Part shown: positions 1 through 10,808 of the stretch, one piece after another
How the letters are laid out: every line of letters begins with the position of its first letter
How positions within the stretch are numbered: the stretch's first letter is position 1
NCBI GenBank assembly: GCA_016235455.1
Contig: JACRKZ010000063.1
Span: 1-41,785 of the forward strand
Direction: 5' to 3'
DNA: 41,785 nt
DNA from: Armatimonadota bacterium
GTDB taxonomy: Bacteria; Armatimonadota; UBA10988
Notes under the pieces: model-generated
Told to the model about the DNA's origin: nothing
Database searches by the model: none
Seen by the model: the letters and a program-made list of their open reading frames with translations, nothing else
Position numbers and translations under genes: made by a program

Positions 1-2
1 CA

Positions 3-977
3 GACGCCCGCCTCGAGCGGCGTCGGTTCGTAGAGGACGTGCCGCCCATCGCCGGTGATCTTCGCCTCCATGTTGCGCGGTCCGGTGACCGGCACCTCGA
101 AGGCCCGGTCGTCGAGCCACAAGCGCGTGCGGCCGGCGTCGCTGGTCTGGTAGATGAGCTGCTCGCCGCTGGCCGAGTAGGCCGGTGTCCCCAGCCCGTC
201 GCAGCAGCACCCGCCGCAGGGCCCGCCGATCTTGTCGTGCCAGTCGCCCAGCCGGCCATCGCGCAGCAGCGCCCAGCGCTTGCCCTGCTGCACGAAGCAG
301 GCCCAATGGCGCTTGTCGGCCGTCATGGCCAGCGCGCCGATCTGGTCGAACGGGCCGAGCGTGCCCTCGTCACAGATGACGTGCCGCGGATGCTCCTTGC
401 CATCGAGCCACACCCCATTGGCCACGGGCGCCCCCCAGCCACGGTCGATGTCCGGCCAGTGCAGGCTCTGGATATCGCTTTCGGACCGCGATCCCAGCTC
501 GACGAAGGTCGGCCGCGCCTCGGCGAACAGGCCCAGACTGCGCTCGCCGTGCATCACGCGCACGCCCTTGGCCTCGGCCATGGCCCACGAGAACTGCCCA
601 TCGGCCAGCCGCACGGGCAGGTTGCGCGTAGCGCCCCACGGCGTGATCGCCTCGCCGTCGAGCGCCCATTGGCCCTGGCCGCGCCGGCTGACGTACCAGT
701 AGACCTGCTGCCCGTCGGGCGTGAAGACCAGCCGCTCGACCCGGCCCGCGGTCGGGTAGCGCCGGCCATCGACCACCACGGTATCATGCTCGGCGCCACG
801 CACGGTCACCGCCAGGCGGTTGCGTGCGCGGGCGACCAGGCTGTCGGGCGCGCGGCCCAGCGGCGTCTCGACGAACCTGGGCGCGGCGCCAGCAGTGGCT
901 GGCGCGGCGCCGGCGGTCGCGCTGAGCAGCGCCGTCAGCCCGAGCCAGAGCCACCACCCGCGTGTTGTCCTCCGCAT
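3..977 (-). CDS. Secreted WD40/TolB-like beta-propeller protein, paralog 1 of 3 (3' end runs off the window)
   Basis: Not in the ORF track because it has no stop in the window. Manual translation from ATG 977 (GGAG upstream) gives MRRTTRGWWLWLGLTALLSATAGA (signal-like), then VVVDGRRY...LVFTPDGQQVYW...GPFDQIGALAMTADKRHWACFVQQGKRWALLRDG, matching the two upstream paralogs. Confidence 0.8.
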   Translation of the reverse strand, partial: MRRTTRGWWLWLGLTALLSATAGAAPATAGAAPRFVETPLGRAPDSLVARARNRLAVTVRGAEHDTVVVDGRRYPTAGRVERLVFTPDGQQVYWYVSRRGQGQWALDGEAITPWGATRNLPVRLADGQFSWAMAEAKGVRVMHGERSLGLFAEARPTFVELGSRSESDIQSLHWPDIDRGWGAPVANGVWLDGKEHPRHVICDEGTLGPFDQIGALAMTADKRHWACFVQQGKRWALLRDGRLGDWHDKIGGPCGGCCCDGLGTPAYSASGEQLIYQTSDAGRTRLWLDDRAFEVPVTGPRNMEAKITGDGRHVLYEPTPLEAGV

Positions 978-1054
978 CGCGTCGTCTCCCCCGCGGGCAC
1001 GGGTGCCCGCGTCATCCAGCGTAACTTGTCGGCCGGCGTCGCGCCAGCGCGGCG

Positions 1055-1151
1055 ATGGTGGCACCGGCCTCCTGGCCGGTGGACGGACCGGCTTGGCTGG
1101 CGGTGTACCCGTCAGCGTGGCCAATCACCGGCTGGAAGCCGGTGCCACCAT
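1055..1151. repeat. REPIN-like inverted pair of REP palindromes (family A)
   Basis: ATGGTGGCACCGGCCTCCTGGCCGGTG (1055-1081) and inverted CACCGGCTGGAAGCCGGTGCCACCAT (1126-1151), intergenic. Confidence 0.75.
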
Positions 1152-1153
1152 AG

Positions 1154-3061
1154 CTACCGCGTGGCGGGCCAGCGCAGACTGACCACCTGGGTCTCCGGCC
1201 CCGGCCGGGCCGTGGCCAGGAAGACGCCGTCGGGCGAGAACCTCTGACCGCTGAGCGTGGCCCGCAGCACGCGCCGGCCGTCCGCGACCACGTACGGACG
1301 GGGCCCCAGGGCCTGGCAGACGGTGTGGCGACCGTCGGGGCTGATCACCAGCCAGTTCACCGGGCCGGGCAGTGCCATCAGTCGGCCGTCGTGGCGCAGG
1401 CTATGCCGCGCGGCGCCGCGCAGGCCCCGGCGCGTCTCGACCGTGGCACGATGCTCGCCGTCGGGCGTGGTGGCGCTGTCCAGCGGCGTGCTGGGCGGCC
1501 CGCCTTGCCACCGGTCGAGCCAGGGCCAGCGCGCCGGCCGTGAGGTAGTCACTCGCCAGCGGTGGCCGTTGTCCAGTGCGATCAGGCCGCTGAGCTCCGG
1601 CGCGCGCAGGCGCACCTGCTGGTCGATGACGAGCACCTGCTGCTCGCCGTCGCGGGCCAGGTAGGCGATGTGGCCGCCGCGCTCGACGAGGCCGATGGTG
1701 TCGTTGCTGTCGTTGGTGACGACCGGGCCGGGGACGCCATCGATGTGAAACACACGGCCGCCGGCCACGCGTTGGGTGCCGACCAGCCGCTCACCCTCAA
1801 ACTCATACCGGTCGGCCAGGCCGCCCGACACCGGGTGACCATCGATCCAGAGCCGCTCTTGGCCATCGCGGTCCACGGCGGTCCACGCCACGCGGCCGCC
1901 GTTGCTGACGCAGGGGTTGTCGGCCGCGCTGTAAGGCCCGAACCGGCCGAGCGGGCAATGCACCGTGCGCGGTCCGGTTCGGCTGGCCCGCGTCATGAGC
2001 ACCCATCCGGTGCCGTGCTCGGCCGTGGTGAGCCCGCAGTTGTGGTGGGGCCCATAGCCCTCGCCGATGACCTGCCCGTTGCGGTACCAGCGCTCGCGCG
2101 GGAACGGGCCGGGGCGGCTGATCTCCTCTCGCCAGAGCAGTCCGGTCTTGTCAGTCAGCCATGCCCATTCGCCCGCGGAGCCAGGGCGCAGTGGCCACGA
2201 CCGGTCGTTGAGCCACACGCGGCGCTGGCTGCCTTGCCCGCTGAACCAGATCAGTTGGTTGGCCGACGAGCCGAAGCGCGGATCCTCGCCGTCCGGTGGC
2301 CGGTCGGCTCGCGGCTGCAGGCCGACCGTGCCGAACCAGCCACGCAGCCGTCCGTCGTGCAGCAGTGCCCACCTTCCGGTGCGCCGCACGTAGCAGGCCC
2401 AGTGCCGGCGGTCGGGCGCGTAGACCACGGTGCCCACGAACTGGAACGGGCCGTGCACGCCCTGCGGCGTGGCCAGCCAGCGGCCGCGCCGGTCGGCGCC
2501 AACGTACCAGGGCGCCGTGTCCGCGGCGCGGCCCATGCGGTCGGACTCGGCGGCAGCCTCACGCCGGCAGGCGTCTAGGATCTCGTCGAACCGCGCCATG
2601 ACCAGCCCGTCGCGCAGGACGCAGGCGCGGCCGTCGAGCGTGGCGGTGTGCCAGGTGTGGCCGTCGGCGTCGAACACCACCGCGCTCAGGTCACGCGCCC
2701 ACGGGCCGGCCACGCCGTCCACCGTCCAGCGCGCCCGGTCGCCGAGACGCTCCTTCCAGACCAGCCGCCGCCGGGCCGCGGGCGGGTCGGCCTGAGCGTC
2801 CCAGCGGCGTACGTCGGCCAGCTTTCCCTCGAGTGGGTGGTCGCGGCCGTCGACGGTCAGGCGGTCGCGCGTGGGGCCGGCCGCGACCTTGATGCGGAAC
2901 TCCTCGTCACACACCTCCACCGCGTCGCGCCAGCCCGACCAGCGCGGCCACACCTCGACCACCGGCAGCGCCGCCGGCCGCCGGGCCACGGCCGGCACAC
3001 CAGCCAGCGCGGCGACGGCGAGCAGGGCGACGATGAGCCGGGCGGCCAGGTGTCGGGGCAT
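1154..3061 (-). CDS. Secreted WD40/TolB-like beta-propeller protein, paralog 2
   Basis: Start trimmed to MPRHLAARLIVALLAVAALAG (signal-like). Repeated VDG / GPF...APDRRHWACYV / ISPDGRH blade motifs. Confidence 0.75.
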   Translation of the reverse strand: MPRHLAARLIVALLAVAALAGVPAVARRPAALPVVEVWPRWSGWRDAVEVCDEEFRIKVAAGPTRDRLTVDGRDHPLEGKLADVRRWDAQADPPAARRRLVWKERLGDRARWTVDGVAGPWARDLSAVVFDADGHTWHTATLDGRACVLRDGLVMARFDEILDACRREAAAESDRMGRAADTAPWYVGADRRGRWLATPQGVHGPFQFVGTVVYAPDRRHWACYVRRTGRWALLHDGRLRGWFGTVGLQPRADRPPDGEDPRFGSSANQLIWFSGQGSQRRVWLNDRSWPLRPGSAGEWAWLTDKTGLLWREEISRPGPFPRERWYRNGQVIGEGYGPHHNCGLTTAEHGTGWVLMTRASRTGPRTVHCPLGRFGPYSAADNPCVSNGGRVAWTAVDRDGQERLWIDGHPVSGGLADRYEFEGERLVGTQRVAGGRVFHIDGVPGPVVTNDSNDTIGLVERGGHIAYLARDGEQQVLVIDQQVRLRAPELSGLIALDNGHRWRVTTSRPARWPWLDRWQGGPPSTPLDSATTPDGEHRATVETRRGLRGAARHSLRHDGRLMALPGPVNWLVISPDGRHTVCQALGPRPYVVADGRRVLRATLSGQRFSPDGVFLATARPGPETQVVSLRWPATR

Positions 3062-3072
3062 GGTGGGCGTCC

Positions 3073-4810
3073 TCACCGTCGCCAGCGGATCTCGATCAGC
3101 GCCGTGTGCCCGTCGTGCTGCACCAGGCGCCGGTAGACGCCGTCGGGTCCGAACGCACCCGGCGAGTCGATCTCGCTGTCCACCTCCAGCCACCGGCCGT
3201 CGACCAGCAGATCGCTCTGGGCCTTGCCCTTCGGCACCGCCACGACCACCACGTGCCGGCCGTCGGGACTGATGGCCAGTGCGGACGTGCGGCGCACGAC
3301 TTCGCTCCGTCGTCCGTCGTGCACCACGGCCTGCTCGCCGGGCTGCCCGATCAGGTAGGCCCAGTGCCGCCCGTCTCGGCTCCAGGCGACATTGTCCAGG
3401 TCATACCGCGACGTCGGTGGCAGCGGGGCCTCGGCCAGCCACGGCAGATCCCAGCGGCCAGTCTCGCCTCGGACCAGCAGGCCACGTCCAGTGGGTGCGA
3501 AGGTTAGCCGCTCCACGCGATTCATGCGCGCGGAGACCTTGCCGTCGAGCACCGCCACGGCGCGCTGGCCGAGCTTCGCGCCGTAGGCGAGGTGCCGCCC
3601 ATCGGCGCTGAAGGAGGGCTGCTCGTCGATGCTGTCGAACCAGGGCCCGGTGCGGCCGTTAACCCACATTGCTCGGCGCTTGGCATCGCCCACCTGGCAG
3701 TAGGTCAGGATGCCCAGCGGCCCGAACCGCGGCGGATCGGGGGTCGGCACGGGCTCGCCCGGCCGGCCGTCGCGCCAGATGCGCCACGCGCCTTCGGCTT
3801 TGGCCGCCCAGACCATCCCGCCCGTGGTGCGGCTGATTACCGGCTGCGTGACCCGCTCGAATGGGCCGAAGTCGCCCAGATGCGTAACCACGAAGACCCG
3901 CCCTGCTCGACCCAGCACGGCGGCCCAGGCTGGGCCGGCGCCGGTCACCACCTCCTCGGTCACGCCGCCGTCGTCGGCGCCGCCGTCGTCGGCGCGGCCG
4001 TCGTCGGCGCGGCCCTTGGCGCTCAACGGCTGGCCGTCGACCCAGTAGCGGACGCCATCGCCCGGGTTGGACGCGGTGAGCAGATGGCTGCCGTCGCCCG
4101 TGGGAATCGCCTCATGCCACTGGCGGCCCGCCTGGCGAATGGGCACGGGCCGGTTGTCGACCAGGTAGGTCTCGCGCTGGCCGTCGCGCACCTGCCAGAC
4201 GACATGCTGGCCATCGGCCGTGAAGGGGCTGCCGCCCTCGCCGCAACAGCAGTCGTCGCTCGTCAACTGGCGCGGGCTGAGCACCCTCTCATGCCAGGAC
4301 ATTGGCTGGCCGTCGCGCAGCAGCGTCTCGCGGCCACCTTCGCGCACCACGCAGGCCCAGTGCCGTCCGTCCGCCGAGAGGTGGACATCGTCGATGCGGT
4401 CAAACGGCCCAAACCGCTGGTCGCTGGTCAGCAGCCAGCGCGCCTTGCCGTTGATGCCGACCCAGAATCTGGCCTGGCCGCCCATCGGCATAGGCGCGTT
4501 TGGTGCCGTCTCGCTCGGCCAGCCAGGAGACATGCTCGCCGTCGGCGGACAGGCTGAGTTCGCTCACTCGGCCGCCCGCGTCGAACGCTCGGCCGTCGAG
4601 CCGCACGGTGTCGCGCGACTTGCCCCGGATGACCGTCGCCAGATGACCAGAGCGCGTCTGGGCCAGAATGCGGTCGTAGGCGATCAGGTCGCCGGTGGGC
4701 GTGTAGGTGATGATCGGCGCGCCCGGATGCGTGACCAACCACCAGCGCGCGCCGCCCGCGACAACCAGCGCGAACGCGCCCAGACACAGCCAGCGTCGAG
4801 TCTGCTTCAT
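3073..4810 (-). pseudogene. WD40/TolB-like beta-propeller protein, paralog 3, split by a frameshift near 4470-4480
   Basis: N-terminal part MKQTRRWLCLGAFALVVAGG...LSADGEHVSWLAERDGTKRAYADGRP lies in ORF 4400..4930. The continuation RFWVGINGKARWLLTSDQRFGPFDRIDDVHLSADGRHWACVV lies in ORF 3073..4533, a different frame. Confidence 0.7.
3967..4014. repeat. In-frame 15-bp tandem repeat x3 (GCCGTCGTCGGCGCS), encoding GRADD-GRADD-GGADD
   Basis: Units at 3967-3981, 3982-3996 and 3997-4011. Confidence 0.85.
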
Positions 4811-4911
4811 GGCGAATCTTCCCCTGGGTCCCCACGTCGACCGCTGATAGCGAGTGTAATGTGTGGCGATCCAGTTCGCCATGCGATCTTGGGCTCCGTG
4901 CAGCGCCGTAT

Positions 4912-4940
4912 TTGACACCCCCCGAGGCACCCACTAGACT
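4912..4940 (+). promoter_or_regulatory. Sigma70-type promoter of xerC-hslVU, probably giving a leaderless mRNA
   Basis: TTGACA (4912-4917), 17 nt, TAGACT (4935-4940). GTG start at 4948 with no SD sequence. Confidence 0.75.
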
Positions 4941-4947
4941 GCCCGAC

Positions 4948-5871
4948 GTGGATGAAGCCATCGCGGAGTTTGTGGGCAACCTCTCAGCACGCGGCCGGTC
5001 GCCGCACACCGTGGCGGCCTACCGGCGCGATCTGGAGGCGTTCCGCCGGTTCGCGCTCGACGAACTGCGGCCGGTGCCGGCATCGTTCGCCGAGGTGGAC
5101 CATCGGCAGTTGCGGCGCTACCTGGCCGAACTGCACCGCCAGGGCAAGGCGCCGGCCTCGGTGCGGCGCGCGCTGTCGTCGCTCTCGGCGCTGTACAGCT
5201 TCCAGCTTGAGCGCGGCTACGCTACGCAGAATCCCGTCACCCGCCTGCAAGCGCCGAAGCTGCCCAAGCGGCTGCCCAAGGTGCTCAGCCCCGACCAGCT
5301 CAACGCCTTCTTCGGCGCGATGGACCTGACCACCCCCGTGGGCCAACGCGACCGCGCCTGGTCGGAACTGCTCTACGCCGCGGGCCTGCGCGTGAGCGAG
5401 TGCTGCGGGCTGGATATCGGCGACGTGACCTTCGAGGACCAGCACATGAAGGTGCTGGGCAAGCGCGACAAGGAGCGCCTGGTGCCGTTCGGCGATGTGG
5501 CCGCGGCAGCGCTCAAGCTCTATCTGTCCCAAGGCCGGCCGGCGCTCATCGCCGAGGGCGGCGTGCCGACCGAGCCGGGCGCGCTGTTCCTGGGCCAGCA
5601 TGGTCAGCGGCTGAGCCGCAGCCGCATGTTGCAGCAGATGAAGCTCTATGCGCGGGCCGCTGGGCTCAACGCCGATATCTCGCCGCACGTGCTGCGGCAC
5701 AGTTGCGCCACGCATCTGCTGGACGGCAACGCGGATTTGCGTATTGTTCAGGAACTGCTGGGGCACGAGAGCCTGTCGACCACGCAGATCTACACGCATG
5801 TGTCGGTGCAGCGGCTGCGCAGCGTCTACGATCGAGCGCATCCGCGGTCGGGCCGAGAGGATAAGGCATGA
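4948..5871 (+). CDS. xerC: Site-specific tyrosine recombinase XerC/XerD
   Basis: SPHTVAAYRRDL N-terminal domain. Catalytic motifs GLRVSE, GKRDKER, PHVLRHSCATHLL, LLGHESLSTTQIY. Classic adjacency to hslVU. Confidence 0.9.
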   Translation: MDEAIAEFVGNLSARGRSPHTVAAYRRDLEAFRRFALDELRPVPASFAEVDHRQLRRYLAELHRQGKAPASVRRALSSLSALYSFQLERGYATQNPVTRLQAPKLPKRLPKVLSPDQLNAFFGAMDLTTPVGQRDRAWSELLYAAGLRVSECCGLDIGDVTFEDQHMKVLGKRDKERLVPFGDVAAAALKLYLSQGRPALIAEGGVPTEPGALFLGQHGQRLSRSRMLQQMKLYARAAGLNADISPHVLRHSCATHLLDGNADLRIVQELLGHESLSTTQIYTHVSVQRLRSVYDRAHPRSGREDKA

Positions 5872-6404
5872 AGGTTCGCGGTACCACCATCGTCGCGGTG
5901 CGACGCGGCGGGATGACGGCGGTGGCGGGCGACGGCCAGGTCACGGCCGACGCCATGATCATCAAGGGCACGGCACGCAAGGTGCAGACGCTCAACGACG
6001 GGCGCGTGGTGGTCGGCTTCGCCGGCGCCGTGGCCGACGCCATGACGCTGCTCGACAAGTTCCGCACCAAGATTGAGCAGCATCCCGGTAGCTTGCGGCG
6101 CGCGGCCATCGAGCTGGCCAAGGAGTGGCGCACGGACAAGTACCTGCGTATGCTCCAGGCGCAGCTCATCGTGGCCGACGCCGAGGATCTGCTGCTGGTC
6201 AGCGGCAACGGCGATGTGCTGGCACCCGACGACGACGTGCTGGCCATCGGCTCGGGCGGCGCCTACGCCCTGGCCGCGGCTCGCGCCATGATGCGCCACA
6301 CCGAGCTCGGCGCGACCGACATTGCCCGCGAGGCGCTGGTCATCGCCAGCGAAGTCTGTGTGTATACCAACAACCAGATTACCGTCGAGACCATCACAGC
6401 GTGA
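5868..6404 (+). CDS. hslV: ATP-dependent protease peptidase subunit HslV (ClpQ)
   Basis: GTTIVAVRR with catalytic Thr, AGDGQVT, GFAGAVADA, LAKEWRTDKYLR, IGSGG, CVYTN. ATGA overlap with xerC. Confidence 0.97.
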   Translation: MKVRGTTIVAVRRGGMTAVAGDGQVTADAMIIKGTARKVQTLNDGRVVVGFAGAVADAMTLLDKFRTKIEQHPGSLRRAAIELAKEWRTDKYLRMLQAQLIVADAEDLLLVSGNGDVLAPDDDVLAIGSGGAYALAAARAMMRHTELGATDIAREALVIASEVCVYTNNQITVETITA

Positions 6405-6413
6405 GTCTGAGTC

Positions 6414-6485
6414 CGGGGGCAGAAAACGGTGTCAGGGACCGTTTCTGCGAGTAGAAACGGTCCCTGACACCGTTTTCTGCCCCCG
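6414..6485. repeat. Perfect 33-bp inverted repeat (REPIN-like, family B; unit AAACGGTGTCAGGGACCGTTT)
   Basis: Arms 6414-6446 and 6453-6485 around a GCGAGT loop. Each arm is itself a hairpin (AAACGGT...ACCGTTT). A second copy lies at 8404-8457. Confidence 0.9.
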
Positions 6486-6505
6486 CACCCGTCGAGGACG
6501 CAACC

Positions 6506-7945
<1,440 letters not shown>

Positions 7946-7969
7946 GACGTGGGCCGGACGGCGGATCTC

Positions 7970-7998
7970 TTGACCGCGCCATCGGCTGCCGGCACACT
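7970..7998 (+). promoter_or_regulatory. Putative sigma70 promoter of the GNAT gene (leaderless-type)
   Basis: TTGACC (7970-7975), 17 nt, CACACT (7993-7998). GTG at 8005 with no SD. Confidence 0.5.
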
Positions 7999-8004
7999 AG
8001 CGGC

Positions 8005-8448
8005 GTGGACATCATCTATCGCGACGACGTGCAACTCGGAGTGGAGCAGGCCATCGACCTGTATCGGCGGTCGACGCTGGGCGAGCGCCGGCCGGTGGAC
8101 CGGCCGGATGTCTTCGAGCAGATGCTGCGGCACGCCGACCTGGTCATCACCGCCTGGGCCGATGGCGTGTTGGTGGGTATCGCGCGTACGCTGACCGACT
8201 TCGGCTACGTGGCCTACCTGGCCGATCTGGCCGTGGACGAGGCGTACCAACGCCGCGGCATCGGCCGGCAATTGCTCGCCGAGACACGAGCCCGCCTCGG
8301 CGAAGCGTGCATGATCGTCTTGCTGGCCGCGCCGGCGGCCGCCGACTACTACGCCAAGGTCGGCTTCGAGCACCATCCCAGGGCCTGGATCCAGGCAGGC
8401 GCGGAAACGGTGTCAGGGACCGTTTCCACGCGTGAAAACGGTCCCTGA
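8005..8448 (+). CDS. GNAT family N-acetyltransferase
   Basis: LVGIARTLTDFGYVAYLADLAVDEAYQRRGIGRQL (acetyl-CoA motif A), YYAKVGF. The last ~14 codons and the stop come from the palindromic repeat. Confidence 0.9.
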   Translation: MDIIYRDDVQLGVEQAIDLYRRSTLGERRPVDRPDVFEQMLRHADLVITAWADGVLVGIARTLTDFGYVAYLADLAVDEAYQRRGIGRQLLAETRARLGEACMIVLLAAPAAADYYAKVGFEHHPRAWIQAGAETVSGTVSTRENGP

Positions 8449-8457
8449 CACCGTTTC
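8404..8457. repeat. Second REPIN-like inverted repeat of family B
   Basis: 22-bp arms GAAACGGTGTCAGGGACCGTTT (8404-8425) and AAACGGTCCCTGACACCGTTTC (8436-8457), with CACGCGTG in the centre. Confidence 0.9.
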
Positions 8458-8480
8458 TGGCGCAAACGAGGAGAGCGCAC

Positions 8481-8819
8481 ATGGCAGGTTGGTATGTACT
8501 GAGCACGCGCAAGGACGGCCAGTTTCAGTTCGTGCTGAAGGCCGGCAACGCTGAGACCATTCTGACCAGCGAGGCGTACACCACCGAGGCCGCGGCCCGC
8601 AACGGCATTGCCTCGGTGCAGAAGAACAGCCCGCTGGACGAGCGCTACGAGCGGCTGGAATCGAAGAACGGTAAGCCGTACTTCAACCTGAAGGCCGGCA
8701 ATCATCAGGTCATCGGCACCAGCGAGCTCTATGAGAGCGCCGCGGCGTGCGAGAAGGGCATCGCCTCGGTCAAGACCAACGGTCCCACGGAGACGATCAA
8801 GGACAAGACCGACGAGTAG
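8481..8819 (+). CDS. yegP: YegP family protein (two DUF1508 repeats)
   Basis: Duplicated F.LKAGN..(T/V)I.TSE.Y...AA...GIASV..N.P unit. GAGGAG RBS. Confidence 0.9.
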   Translation: MAGWYVLSTRKDGQFQFVLKAGNAETILTSEAYTTEAAARNGIASVQKNSPLDERYERLESKNGKPYFNLKAGNHQVIGTSELYESAAACEKGIASVKTNGPTETIKDKTDE

Positions 8820-8824
8820 GCAGT

Positions 8825-8850
8825 TGGTGGTACCGGCCCCCTGGCCGGTG
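8825..8850. repeat. Single REP unit of family A
   Basis: TGGTGGTACCGGCCCCCTGGCCGGTG, 24/26 identical to 1056-1081. Confidence 0.7.
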
Positions 8851-8885
8851 GTACGCCAGGCGTTGCGTGGTGGCCGGAGGACTTG

Positions 8886-9950
8886 ATGCGTCGTTCGTGG
8901 TCGATGGTCTGGCTCGTTGTCGCGTTGGGCTGTGTCCTCGCCGGCTGTGGCCGGTCGAGCGCGCCTCCCGCCGCTGCTCTGGCGTCCGCGCCAACTGCGG
9001 TGCCAGCGGCGCCCGCTCCCGCGCCGGCGCCACCCGAGGAGTGGACGCTGGCCGTGCTGCCCGACACGCAGTACTACTCGGCCAAGTACCCCAAGTACTT
9101 CGAGGACGAGTGCCGCTGGCTAGCCAAGAACGCGAGCGCCAAGAACCTCAAGTACGTCGTGCATGTCGGCGACATCACCGACAGCAACGGCGACAAGCAG
9201 TGGGCAGTGGCCAAGAAGTGCCTGGGCCTGCTCGATGGCGTGGTGCCGCTGGCGCTGGTGCCGGGCAACCACGACTACACCGGCGGCGGCGGCGCGCTCG
9301 ACAGGAAGACCGGGCTCGACAAGCACTTCCCGCCCGACGCGTTCAAGGCGTCCGCGAGCTTTGGCGGCTTGTACGACGAGAAGAGCCTGGCCAACAGCTA
9401 CCACCTGTTCAGCGCCGGCGGACGCGACTGGCTCATCCTGTGCCTCGAGTTCGGCCCGCGCGACGAGGTGGTGGCCTGGGCCAACGGCGTGCTCGACAAG
9501 TACCCCGACCGCTTAGTGCTGGTGGCCACGCACGCCTACCTGAGCAATGCCGGCCCGCGCCTGGACCAGCACGGCGTCAAGCCCGGCCACGGCCCCCACA
9601 AGTACCCCATGGCCAAGCAGCCCGGCGGTGTGAACGACGGCGAGGAGCTGTGGCAGAAGCTCATCAGGAAGCACGCTGGCGTGGCGCTGGTGGTCTGCGG
9701 CCATGTCTCGGGCGTGGCGCGGTTGACGTCGAAGAACGACGCCGGCGGTGAGGTCCACCAGATGCTCTCCGACTACCAGAGCGAGAAGGAAGGCGGCGAG
9801 GGCTACCTCCGCATCCTGCACTTCTCGGCCGACGGCAAGACGCTGGACGTGCGCAGCTACTCGCCGAGCCTGGACAAGGAGAAGAAGGTCGAGGCCAACC
9901 GCTTCACGCTGGACCTGACCAAGACGGCGCTGGGGGCGAAGCGCAAATAG
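8886..9950 (+). CDS. Lipoprotein metallophosphoesterase (calcineurin-like)
   Basis: Lipobox LAGC and Pro/Ala linker. Motifs LPDTQ, HVGDITD, PGNHD, THAY, CGH. GGAGG RBS. Confidence 0.88.
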   Translation: MRRSWSMVWLVVALGCVLAGCGRSSAPPAAALASAPTAVPAAPAPAPAPPEEWTLAVLPDTQYYSAKYPKYFEDECRWLAKNASAKNLKYVVHVGDITDSNGDKQWAVAKKCLGLLDGVVPLALVPGNHDYTGGGGALDRKTGLDKHFPPDAFKASASFGGLYDEKSLANSYHLFSAGGRDWLILCLEFGPRDEVVAWANGVLDKYPDRLVLVATHAYLSNAGPRLDQHGVKPGHGPHKYPMAKQPGGVNDGEELWQKLIRKHAGVALVVCGHVSGVARLTSKNDAGGEVHQMLSDYQSEKEGGEGYLRILHFSADGKTLDVRSYSPSLDKEKKVEANRFTLDLTKTALGAKRK

Positions 9951-10066
9951 TCTTTGGCCTACCAGGACGCGTGGGGTATATACCCCCTGGCATGGCCGCT
10001 GGTGGGCCAAAGCCTGTACACTGTCCACCTGGCTGCCGTGTCGAGAGAGCGCGAGGGTACCGCGAC

Positions 10067-10388
10067 ATGAACTGGGGCTTCCAACTGGTCGCGGGACTAT
10101 GCTATCTCGCTGTGCTCGACGCGCCCATCCTCCTCCTGGCTGCGCTGCTGGCGCGCCGCACGGCCCGCGATGAAGCCAACCGGCGGGCGGCGACGATGCA
10201 GATGCGCGGCGTCTGCGTCGGCTGGTTCGGTGGCTCGATGCTGTGCATGCTGGGCGGGCTGGGCGGCCTGCTGCCCGTCGAGGTCGGCTCCGAGCAGGTC
10301 TACGCGCCGATTCTCTACGCCACCACCGCCAAGGGCTGGCTGGCCGGTGGCCGGCTGGATGTACGGCAGGCGGCGCGTGGGCCGGTAG
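10067..10388 (+). pseudogene. Small three-TM membrane protein, frameshifted by a 7-bp duplication (paralog of 10443-10763)
   Basis: TGGCCGG is duplicated at 10341-10347 and 10348-10354. Removing one copy gives ...GWLAGWMYGRRRVGR*, matching the paralog end GWLVGWWHGRG. Confidence 0.7.
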
Positions 10389-10442
10389 GCGTCTGGTGGG
10401 CCCTGCCGGTGGGGCTTGCACGGCGGCGGGAGGCGAACGGCG

Positions 10443-10763
10443 ATGGACCTGCGATGGACCGCCGATCTGATCATAGGACTGCCTGCTTGTGCCGTCTGGG
10501 GCGCTCCCGTGCTGGTCCCAGCGGGCGTTGTCATCCGGCGATTGGCCCGGCGCAGCGAGCGCAAACGGGCGGCCAAGCGGCAGATGCGATGCGTCCTCGC
10601 CTGCTGGCTTGCCGGGTCCTGGCTATGCGTGGTGGGCGGGCATGCCGGGCTGTTGCCGACCGACGCCGGGTCCGAGGTGGTCTGGGCGCCCATCTTGTGG
10701 CTGTCCACGGCTGCCGGCTGGTTGGTGGGCTGGTGGCACGGGCGCGGCGATGTCGCAGGCTAG
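10443..10763 (+). CDS. Small hypothetical membrane protein
   Basis: Three hydrophobic stretches. Shares QMR.V...W..GS.LC..GG..GLLP...GSE.V.APIL with the upstream copy. GGAGG RBS. Confidence 0.7.
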   Translation: MDLRWTADLIIGLPACAVWGAPVLVPAGVVIRRLARRSERKRAAKRQMRCVLACWLAGSWLCVVGGHAGLLPTDAGSEVVWAPILWLSTAAGWLVGWWHGRGDVAG

Positions 10764-10808
10764 GCGACGCAGGTCGTCTCCGTGCTGGTTGTTGAGGGCA
10801 CCCCACCC

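Noticed and set aside
4948-5871. Tyrosine recombinase as a prophage or island integrase
   Set aside because: Sequence and coupling to hslVU match housekeeping XerC/CodV. No att repeats, tRNA or phage genes seen.
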